From Eledone cirrhosa (Eukaryota), in the NCBI GenBank assembly GCA_964016885.1, contig OZ024742.1:209498001-209562000 (forward strand): a stretch of 64,000 nucleotides of DNA, given 5' to 3'. A program made the translations under genes and the position numbers. The notes under the pieces are model-generated. The model worked only from the letters and a program-made list of their open reading frames with translations, was not told the origin of the DNA and searched no databases. This document shows, one piece after another, positions 11,895-20,886 of this stretch (its first letter is position 1; each line of letters begins with the position of its first letter).

Positions 11895-12908
11895 TTTCTT
11901 TATTAACCACAAGGGTTTACATAAAGTAGACATTAAGGACAGTGCAGGACAATGCAGGACGGTACAAATGGGCATTTCTGCGTGTAAAAAAATAAAGACA
12001 GAGGATGTAATAAAAAAGAAACAATGAAACATTCCCCAATAGGGGCGAGACTTCCGAGGGACATTCGTGTAGAAAGCCCATTAAGAAAGCCACGGTGACC
12101 CTGACCACCAGGGCAAGTGACCTCTCCCAGTTTTCCACCTTTAATTTACAGGCACATTCACGCGGGCCACTCTTGCCTCTCTCACCCATCTTTCAACAAA
12201 ATGCTGGGAAGAGAGCACTTCCCTCTCTACCCTGATTTTCCTTTTCAAATTAAATTTGAAAAAGTTAATCAGGGCATCACCGAAGAGGTAAGTGCTCATC
12301 TTCAGCCCTTTCAGACGCGTCCACCATACTATCTCTTTCGCCATGGCCACCAGAGGGATAAAAATTGCCTGCCCTTCCCGGCTAAAGGAAGAGGGCGGGA
12401 CATTCCTCACGATGGACTCAGCTGATAGCTGGATCCGTCCTACATGTGACAGCAGGTGTTCGACATAAACCCACAAGTAGCAATGCTCGGACACTGGACG
12501 AGGTCGTGCAGGACGGTTTCGTCGCCCTGTGGGCATCTCGGACATGCTCGGCTGACGGCACCTCCATGCCTGTAGAGTTTGTCCCGAACTGGCAAAGCTC
12601 CTCAGTAGCACTGCCAGGCAAGGATTTATGGAAGTTGTCCATAGGCCTCGCCCCGAAAGTTCTTCAGAAGAGATTGGCTAGTTGATTTTCGTCGACGCCT
12701 AGAGTTTCCCCAAGTACGTCGTCGCTCTTTCCCTCCACTAATCCTCTATAGAACGCCATGGTGGAGTTTCCACCGATCACATTGCCCGACTGGTCGAGGG
12801 CTGTGAGCGTCTGAAGACATTCCAGTCTCCAAGCGCTCCCTCTCGGTCTTCGCTTGACCCAAGACTGCAGCACCGTCAATGAGACGAGCTGGGGAAATAC
12901 GTGTCTAC
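11893..12908 (-). mobile_element. 5'-truncated Tx1 copy (duplicate of 9177-10203 with a chimeric 3' end)
   Basis: Identical truncation point and body to 9255-10203; the first ~70 bp instead match the 3' end at 13424. Confidence 0.92.
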
Positions 12909-12985
<77 letters not shown>

Positions 12986-13000
12986 AAGAAGAAGAAGAAG

Positions 13001-13397
13001 ACAGTAGACCTGACCTGGTGGTTTTGGACAAGGAAAAAAGATCGTGCCTGATTGTGGATGTAGCCTGCCCATTTGACACGAGAGTGCAAGAGAAGGAGGG
13101 GAGAAAATTAACCGATACCAGGACTTTAAGTGGGAGGTAAAAAGGATTTGGAATTGCCATGAAGTCAAAGTGGTCCCGATTGTCATAGGCGCACTAGGTA
13201 CTATCTCAAAAAGTTTCCAGGGATGGTTAAAGAAAATTGGCCCCGCCACGCTTTTTGGAGCGCTTCAAAAGGCATGCTTGCTGGGAACAGCAAGAACCCT
13301 CCGATACGTCCTGAATATCTGAGGCTGCAGGTAGTGGCTTGATATTCATTTAAACAAACTTTCCAGTTAACTAACATCAATGACTGAGACTCAAAGA
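13001..13397 (+). mobile_element. Dong-A 3' fragment (duplicate of 10302-10697)
   Basis: Same sequence at offset 2699. Confidence 0.9.
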
Positions 13398-13686
13398 ACA
13401 ATAATGATAATAATAATAATAATGATTTCTTTATTAACCACAAGGGTTTACATAAAGTAGACATTAAGGACAGTGCAGGACAATGCAGGACGGTACAAAT
13501 GGGCATTTCTGCGTGTAAAAAAAACAAAAATAGAGGATGTAACAAAAATAACAATGAAAATAACAATGAAAAATTCCCCAATAGGGGGGAGACTTCGGAG
13601 GGACATTTGTGGAGAAAGCCCAGTAAAAAGCCACAATGACCCTGACCACCAAGGCAAGTGCCCTCTCCCAGTTTTCCACCTTTAGT

Positions 13687-16600
13687 TTACAGATATATAC
13701 TCAGAGTCGGCCCATTCACTCGGGCCATTCTTGCTTCTCTCACCCATCTTTCAACAAAATGCTGGGAAGAGAGCACTTCCTTCTCTACTCTGATTTTCCT
13801 TTTCAAATGAAATTTGAAAAAGTCAATCAGAGCATCACCGAAGAGGTAAGTGCTCGTCTTCAGCCCTTTCAAACGTGTCCACCATACTATCTCTTTCGCC
13901 ATGGCCACCAGACAGATAAAAACTGCCTGCCCTTCCCGGCTAAAGGAGGAGGGCGGGGCAATCCTCACGATAGACTCAGATGATAGCTGGATCCGTCCTA
14001 AACGCGACAGCAGGTGTTCGACATAAACCCACAAGTCAGCAATTTTCGGACACTGGACGAGTGCGTGCAGGACGGTTTCGTCGCCCTGCGCGCATCTCGG
14101 ACATGCCCGGCTGACGGCACCTCCATGCCTGTAGAGTTTATCCCGAACTGGCAAGGCTCCTCGGTAGCACTGCCAGGCCAGAGATTTCTGGAAGTTGTCC
14201 ATAGGCCCTGGCCCGAAGGTTCTTCCGAAGAGATTGGCTAGTTGATTTTCGTCGACGCCTAGAGTTTCCCCAAGTACGTCGTCGCTCTTCCCCTCCACTA
14301 ATCCTCTATAGAACGCCGAGGTGGAGTTTCCACCGATCACATTGCCCGATTGGTCGAGGGCTGTGAGCGCCTGAAGACATTCCAGTCTCCAGGCGCTCCC
14401 TCTCGGTCTTCGCTTGACCCAGGACTGCAGCTCCGTCAAGGAAACGAGCTGGGGAAAAACGCGTCTAGCAAACGGCGACCACACCTGATCACCGTCGAGG
14501 AAGAGGTGGAGATGTCGTAGCCTGAGCGCGTGCCTGCGCATCATCAGCCACGGCATGCCCAGCCCTCCACGTAGCGGGTGTTGACAACAGATGGACCGCC
14601 TGACCATCGGAGCACGTCCCTTCCACAAAAAGCGAAAGAGCAAACGCTCCAGCGCAGTCAGGCGAGGCTTAGGACAAGGTACGACGGTTAGGCGGTAGCA
14701 GATGACAGACGCGATGTACGCGTTAGCCACCTCCGCTCGACCTTTCAGGGATAGCTTCCTCTCCGCCCATTTCTGGGTGAGAGAAGCCACCCTGCTCGTC
14801 ACCTCGTCCCAGTTTTTGTCCGTCTGGAGGTCCGGACCGAACCAGACCCCTAGCAATTTAACCGGTCCGTCCGTCCAGCGCCCGACGACGCTGTTGGACG
14901 GCATGGACCTGCCTCTCCAGGTGCCGAGCTGCAGGCCCACTGACTTTTCCTGGTTGATCATTGCTCCTGTCACCGCTTCGTATTCTCTTAGTGTAGTGCC
15001 GATCGCCTCGATGTGTTTGGCGTTCGACACCACTACGGTGACATCGTCCGCATATGCTGACACGGATCTTCCGCATCCTAGTTCGCGCGGGACTCCCCTC
15101 AACGTCTCCAGTTTGTGCAGTAATGGCTCGAGAGTCAATACGTACAAGAGGGACGAGAGGGGACATCCTTGGCGGACCGAGCGCATGATGTTGAACGGTT
15201 CCGACAGGTGACCGTTCACTCTCACCACAGAGCAGATGTCGCTGTGCATGGCAGCGATCCAGCCTCTGAAGACGGGCCCAAAGCCAGCCGCCCTCAGGAC
15301 TGCCGCTAGGTAACGATGGTCGACCCTATCGAAAGCTTTCGACTGATCTAAATTGATCAAGGACCCACCCGTGCCAGGTTCCCTAGCTACCCTCTCTACG
15401 ATGTATCGCATGAGGTGGAGGTTGTCGTGGATGGATCTGTCGGGAATGGCGCATGTCTGCGCCTCTCCCACCAGACCACCAACGACAAGCGCCAACCTCT
15501 TTGCTAGCACCTTGGCCAAAATCTTAAACTCTGTGTTTAGCAGAGTTATGGGCCGGAAATTGTCTATGTTATCCCCCTTGTTCGGATCCTTTCTCAGCAG
15601 TGCCACCGCTCCTCGGCTCACAGAACTGGGAATTCTCCCGTTCTGTTGCCAGTTGCAGTAGACGTCCGCCAAGAGGCCTCCGAACAAGTCTGGCATCTGT
15701 ACGTAAAGTTCATAGGGCAGACCATCCAAACCAGGCGATTTACCCCTTGTGCAGCCAGTCATTGCCTCCCTTACTTCAGCGGCTGTTATCGGCTTTTCGC
15801 AACACTTCGCCTCAGTGGCCGAGAGCCGCGGCAGTCCGTCGAGGTAGACACTAAAGTCCATCCCTCTACCCGGCCCCCCGCTGCCCCCGAACAGCTGAGC
15901 GAAGTGTCGCTGAAAAGCTTCACACATTTGCCCGGGATCGAGTAGCATGCGCCCGTCGTGGTCCACCAAAGACCGGATCGTGGCTTTGTTGCCACGACGC
16001 GCCTCCGCCACTCGGGCCCATTGAACGGCTTTCGTCCCCTCGTGTCTGAGAGCACGCACCCTAGCTCTGACAACGCAGCCTTCGTGCTTTGCATTGAAGA
16101 ATTGGTCAAGGGCCAATTTCGCCGCAAGCACGTCGGTCGCAATGCCTTTGCTAAGCGCCTCGTCTAATTTTCTAACTAGTTCTCCCTCTGCTCTATTTTT
16201 CTCTATTGCTAAAGCCTTACTAAACCTAATCGATTCTATTCTAATCGCTCTTTTCAGAGCAAACCACCACTTGTTGTTGACGATGGCCCCCGTCAACGCC
16301 CGCTTAACTAGTTCGCTAATCCGGTCTCTGTAGGCCTTGCGCGCTGGTAAGGACGCGTTTAGCTTCCAGTAGCCGGGTCCTCGTCTATGAAGCCTATCTA
16401 AGTCAAGCACACAGATCACGAATTTGTGGTCCGTGTAGCTGACTATCTTGAATTGTGGACAGCCTATGCTAGACCTATCTATTTCCCTACAAAATACTCT
16501 ATCTAGATATGATCTGGATGACCCTATGCGGTTTGTCCAAGTCCACATTGGCACATTCGGGAAATCCAATCGGTACCTGTCAGACAGTTCAAAACGCCTG

Positions 16601-17106
16601 AGCAGGTTGGTGAGGCTCTTGCACCCTCCACCCCTATCCGCTAATCCCACACAGTCCCAGCGTGCATCTAAGATCCCGTTCCAGTCGCCCACTAACACTA
16701 AAGAGCGCGACGTTCCAAGAAAGGTCTCCAGACGCCGGAAGAAATCAGGCCGCCCTGCTCCTGTCGGGGCATAGACGGCCACTAGCCTGAAAGCTTGCCC
16801 GTCTCCGCTGGTCACGTCCAGCACCACCAGCTTACCCTCTGGGTCCAGGAAGATGGCCCGTATGGCGAGATCCAAACCTCTCCGAAAAAGCACAGCAACT
16901 CCTCCACCCGATCCAGGACGGCTGGGAGATGCGTACACATCGTAGCCGCCGAAGATCGGTGCGAAGGCCCGTGCTTCGGAGATTCTGGTCTCGCTGATGG
17001 CCACTACATCTATGTTTAGTGACCTGAGGTCGTTGAGCAGGTGACCCTGCTTCCATGACGACCCCAAGCCACGCGCATTTATGCTGCCTATTCTGAGTGA
17101 GGTCAT
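13687..17106 (-). CDS. Tx1 ORF2p: APE endonuclease, reverse transcriptase, C-terminal CCHC (1139 aa)
   Basis: Uninterrupted ORF with all APE and RT motifs including YADD, and a C-terminal CPRCAQGDETVLHALVQC. Confidence 0.96.
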   Translation of the reverse strand: MTSLRIGSINARGLGSSWKQGHLLNDLRSLNIDVVAISETRISEARAFAPIFGGYDVYASPSRPGSGGGVAVLFRRGLDLAIRAIFLDPEGKLVVLDVTSGDGQAFRLVAVYAPTGAGRPDFFRRLETFLGTSRSLVLVGDWNGILDARWDCVGLADRGGGCKSLTNLLRRFELSDRYRLDFPNVPMWTWTNRIGSSRSYLDRVFCREIDRSSIGCPQFKIVSYTDHKFVICVLDLDRLHRRGPGYWKLNASLPARKAYRDRISELVKRALTGAIVNNKWWFALKRAIRIESIRFSKALAIEKNRAEGELVRKLDEALSKGIATDVLAAKLALDQFFNAKHEGCVVRARVRALRHEGTKAVQWARVAEARRGNKATIRSLVDHDGRMLLDPGQMCEAFQRHFAQLFGGSGGPGRGMDFSVYLDGLPRLSATEAKCCEKPITAAEVREAMTGCTRGKSPGLDGLPYELYVQMPDLFGGLLADVYCNWQQNGRIPSSVSRGAVALLRKDPNKGDNIDNFRPITLLNTEFKILAKVLAKRLALVVGGLVGEAQTCAIPDRSIHDNLHLMRYIVERVAREPGTGGSLINLDQSKAFDRVDHRYLAAVLRAAGFGPVFRGWIAAMHSDICSVVRVNGHLSEPFNIMRSVRQGCPLSSLLYVLTLEPLLHKLETLRGVPRELGCGRSVSAYADDVTVVVSNAKHIEAIGTTLREYEAVTGAMINQEKSVGLQLGTWRGRSMPSNSVVGRWTDGPVKLLGVWFGPDLQTDKNWDEVTSRVASLTQKWAERKLSLKGRAEVANAYIASVICYRLTVVPCPKPRLTALERLLFRFLWKGRAPMVRRSICCQHPLRGGLGMPWLMMRRHALRLRHLHLFLDGDQVWSPFARRVFPQLVSLTELQSWVKRRPRGSAWRLECLQALTALDQSGNVIGGNSTSAFYRGLVEGKSDDVLGETLGVDENQLANLFGRTFGPGPMDNFQKSLAWQCYRGALPVRDKLYRHGGAVSRACPRCAQGDETVLHALVQCPKIADLWVYVEHLLSRLGRIQLSSESIVRIAPPSSFSREGQAVFICLVAMAKEIVWWTRLKGLKTSTYLFGDALIDFFKFHLKRKIRVEKEVLSSQHFVERWVREARMARVNGPTLSIYL

Positions 17107-17141
17107 GTTTAAAATAGAGTGGAAAAGATGGGAAAGACCAC

Positions 17142-19241
17142 TTACCGTATTTTTGGTAGAGGAGGGATGGTTTTTACATCCCTTTTCACTTGATCGTCTG
17201 GTGAAGGGACCGTTGAATCGTCCCTTCGGCTGGTCGTCGGCTCTTCTAAGAGAATGTCTGAATATACTCTTCGATTAATGGTTCCTCCTAGGTCCCTGAA
17301 ATCACCAACTGCGTTGGGGAATTTCGTTTTAATGTTTGTGTATTGTTTCTGTGCTATTTTTAGCAGTCTTATGTTAGTTGGCGTTTTGATTGGTGCTGGT
17401 ATTATGTAGTCCTGTTGTGAAATGTCTGTGTGTTCAATTATGTAAGTCATTAGTTTCTTGTTGTGTGTGTTTATTGCCGTGCATTTGTTTTTCTGGGGGT
17501 GGGGTGTGGTTCTGCTATTTTCTTGTCGTTGTTGCTGGGTGTGTGTGTTTTGTTGTTGTGTTTGCGATGTTGGTGCTTGTGGTGGTGGTGTTGAAGGTGT
17601 TGTTGGCGGTGGGGTTGTCGCCGGTGGTGATGGTGGTGCTGGTGTGGGTGGTGATGGTGTTGGTGGTGTTGCTGCTGTGGGTCTCTTTGCAGTAGACTTT
17701 ACCCTTTTCTCATTTCTTTCCTCCCTTTTCAAAGGCGACGATGCGCTGCTTCTGCGTTTGTGCCTTCTTGAGACCTTTTGCCATCCCTCTCCCACCTCAC
17801 ACTCCATGTCTGATTCTGTAAGGTCGGGGAGGGGTACCAGCTCCACTCTTTCACTTGTTGTTGTTGGTGATGTTTGCACTGGAGTCTCTGTTGCAGCTGC
17901 ATTTGGTATTGCTGTTGTTGTTGTTAATATTTCCACTGCTGCTGCTGTCTTTGATTTCCGTGGAGTGGGTATGGGTGTCACGGACCTATCGTTCCTGGTT
18001 GCCGCTTGTCCTGTTGCTGGTAGCCGTGGAACCGGATTCGGGAGGAGGGGGGTTTTCTCCTTTCTCAGGGTCTTCTCGTTGCAGAAGGCCCTGAGGTGAG
18101 TCTTCGATCCACAGCGAAAGCATTTCGGGCGTTTGCCCTCAACACTTATGGGCAGTTGAGTGCCGTTATCGAAGTCTATCACATCCGGGATAGCTTCGAT
18201 GCACTCCTGGTTGGTTTGGATTAGCATCTCAATGGAGGAGCCGACCCAATCTTCTCTTACTTTTTTCTGTACTTGCAGTACAGTTGTTTTGTCCTCGATT
18301 CCGACGAGGACAGACGCGGCCAGCCAAGAAGGGGTCATTCCGGGGGGGACGTGGGTCAGTTTGACCCTCACAATTTTTTGCCCGCAGTAGGAGGGCACCA
18401 ACACCATTTCCTCGCTCCTTAGGGTCACTACTGATTGGGCCTTTGCCTCCTGGGGTGTGGCAAAAAGTACGTCTACGGTGGCGTATTTTTTGCCTCGGGT
18501 GATGTGCGTTTTCCTCTGCCACACAGACCCCAAGGCTTTTTGTATTTGGGCCTCTGTGGCTCTTTCCACCCTACGGGATTTTGTACTTACTGTACGGTAC
18601 GTGACCGTACAGTGCTCTTGGGTTTCGAAAAAATTTTTCGCTGCCTTGCAGATTGCTCGGTGTCCGTTCTTTGTCACCATCTTCTTCGCTTCCTCTAATT
18701 CCTCATTTGTTATGAGGATTGTTTCCAGGTTTTTCGCAATACCTGCAAATGAGATTGGTTTTTCTCTGCTGTTGTTGTTGTCGTCAGAGCTGCTGGTACT
18801 TTTGTTGTTGCTGCAGGTACTACGACTACTGCCTCCGCCGCTGTTGCTGTGGTTGTTGTTGGTGTTGCTGCTGCTAATGCTGTTGTTGTTTATGCTGCTG
18901 GTGATGCTGTTGCGGCTGCTACTGTTGTTTTCATTGTCACTGTTGCTGTTGTTATTACGGCTGCTACTGCTATTATTCCTGACGTCAGACGAATGAACTG
19001 GGTTTTCGTATTTCCCGCACACCTGTTTCGTCGCTGTCGTCGTCGTCGTGGAGAAACCTTGCACGCTTTGCACGAGACTTTTCTTTTCTTTCGTCGCTTG
19101 CGAAAGAGAAGGTAGGGAGAGAGACACATTTAAAGAAGGGAGGGAGAGAGACAATCTTCTCTCTCCTGTAGTGATGATTGAGGAAGAAGAAGACGGAATG
19201 AGTGGGAGTGACGTATGAAATTTTTTTTTTTTGGTAGCCAT
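17142..19241 (-). CDS. Tx1 ORF1p (nucleic-acid chaperone, CCHC knuckle), ~699 aa
   Basis: ATG at 19241 (MATKKK, same start as copy 1); CFRCGSKTHLRAFC; Ser/Asn and Pro/Thr low-complexity tracts; stop 35 nt before the ORF2 ATG. Confidence 0.9.
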   Translation of the reverse strand: MATKKKKFHTSLPLIPSSSSSIITTGERRLSLSLPSLNVSLSLPSLSQATKEKKSLVQSVQGFSTTTTTATKQVCGKYENPVHSSDVRNNSSSSRNNNSNSDNENNSSSRNSITSSINNNSISSSNTNNNHSNSGGGSSRSTCSNNKSTSSSDDNNNSREKPISFAGIAKNLETILITNEELEEAKKMVTKNGHRAICKAAKNFFETQEHCTVTYRTVSTKSRRVERATEAQIQKALGSVWQRKTHITRGKKYATVDVLFATPQEAKAQSVVTLRSEEMVLVPSYCGQKIVRVKLTHVPPGMTPSWLAASVLVGIEDKTTVLQVQKKVREDWVGSSIEMLIQTNQECIEAIPDVIDFDNGTQLPISVEGKRPKCFRCGSKTHLRAFCNEKTLRKEKTPLLPNPVPRLPATGQAATRNDRSVTPIPTPRKSKTAAAVEILTTTTAIPNAAATETPVQTSPTTTSERVELVPLPDLTESDMECEVGEGWQKVSRRHKRRSSASSPLKREERNEKRVKSTAKRPTAATPPTPSPPTPAPPSPPATTPPPTTPSTPPPQAPTSQTQQQNTHTQQQRQENSRTTPHPQKNKCTAINTHNKKLMTYIIEHTDISQQDYIIPAPIKTPTNIRLLKIAQKQYTNIKTKFPNAVGDFRDLGGTINRRVYSDILLEEPTTSRRDDSTVPSPDDQVKRDVKTIPPLPKIR

Positions 19242-19515
19242 GTTTTTTTGTTTAAAATGAAATTTTGGGTACAAAACCCCAATAACTGGCTATTTAACCC
19301 CGAAGGGCCAAATAACGGACAGAAAGACCCCTCTCACGAGGAGGAGGGTGTCTTTATCAACAATTTGGTTCAAGTTTTAAACAATTTACAATTGTTTTAA
19401 CGGTTAAAAATTACTATACCTTACAGAGCCGAGCCTCCGTCAACCATGGCATTCAATAATAATAATAATAAGAAGAAGAAGAAGAAGAAGAAGTAGAAGT
19501 AGAAGTAGAAGAAGA

Positions 19516-19839
19516 TTGTATCTATAAAAACATTTGAAAAATTGAGCAAGTATAAGGACCTGGAGATAGAAATTGGAATGATGTGGAAATTGAGAACTAA
19601 AACAATACCAGTGGTTGTAGGCGCTCTAGGAGAAATACAAAAGATAGTACTAATGGGAACTGCCCATATGCTAAGGAAGATTCTGTTAATATAAGTACAT
19701 CACAAGTCTAAACACCTAAAGATGCATGTGTGAGTATGTATGTTCTTTCTTGAACATGGCGGACCTTGTTGTCTCTTGAGGTCACTGGTTGTGACTTGGT
19801 GATAACTCGTATGAACATAAAGGCAAGATAAATGCAGCT

Positions 19840-19840
<1 letters not shown>
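19516..19840 (+). mobile_element. Dong-B 3' fragment (duplicate of 10771-11095)
   Basis: Same sequence at offset 8745. Confidence 0.88.
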
Positions 19841-19883
<43 letters not shown>

Positions 19884-20576
19884 TGAAGTGACCGAAACAC
19901 CATATTTACAAGGAGGAGGCTAGCCCACTGTGCAGGATCTGTGGAGATAGAGAGGAGACTGTGGCTCACATTGTATCCGAGTGTTAACACCTAACCCAGA
20001 CTCACTATAAAGGCTGGAGACATGATGTGATGGGCAGGGTGATCTACTGGCACCTATGCAAAGTAAGCAATTTACCACATTCTGAGAAGTGGTATGGGCA
20101 TAAGCCAGAGGCGGTGATAGAAAACGATCTTTTGAAGCTGCTGTGGGATTTTAGGATACAGACGGACAAGAAACTGGAACACAATGAACCTGACCTGGTG
20201 GTTTGGGACAAGGAAAAAAGATCTTGCCTGATTGTGGATGTGGCCTGCCCATTCGACACGAGAGTGCAAGAGAAGGAGAGGGAGAAAATTAATCGATACC
20301 ATGACTTAAAGTGGGAGGTAAAAAGGATTTGGAACTGCCATGAGGTCAAAGTGGTCCTGGTTGTCATAGGCGCACTAGGTACTATCTCAAGGAGGTTCCA
20401 GGGTTGGTTAAAGAAAATTGGCCCCGCCCCGCTTTTTGAAACACTTCAAAAGGCATGCTTGCTGGGAACAGCAAGAACCCTCCGATACGTCCTGAATATC
20501 TGAGGCTGCAGGTAGTGGCTTGATATTCATTTAAACAAACTTTCCAGTTAACTAACATCGATGACTGAGACTCAAA

Positions 20577-20577
<1 letters not shown>
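19884..20577 (+). mobile_element. Dong-A 3' fragment (duplicate of 11139-11832)
   Basis: Identical 158-aa ORF at 20027-20503; (AAT)n tail. Confidence 0.92.
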
Positions 20578-20644
<67 letters not shown>

Positions 20645-20886
20645 TTTTCTTTATTAACCACAAGGGTTCACATAAAGTAGACATTAAGGACAGTACAGGA
20701 CAATACAGGACGGTACAAATGGGCATTTCTGCGTGTAAAAAAACAGAGGTTGAAATAAAATAACAAAGAAAAATTCCCCAATAGGGGGGAGACTTCCAAG
20801 GGACATTTGTGGAGAAAGCCCATTAAAAAACCACAGTGGCCCTGACCACCAGGGCAAGTGCTCTCTCCCAGTTTTCCACCTTTGAT

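Larger units (their letters stand above)
13424..19454 (-). mobile_element. Full-length, apparently intact Tx1 subfamily A element (6031 bp) with (AAT)5 target-site duplication
   Basis: Two open ORFs, 5'UTR, and a 3'UTR ending AATAAAGAAATC; (AAT)5 at 13409-13423 and at 19455-19469. Confidence 0.96.
9177..20643. repeat. Tandem duplication of a ~2.7 kb unit (9177-11892 and 11893-20643, the second unit interrupted by the full-length Tx1)
   Basis: Identical ORFs at offset 2705 (9412/12117, 9741/12446) and offset 8745 (11282/20027, 10955/19700); same truncation points and the same AAG/TAG microsatellite pattern. Confidence 0.92.
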
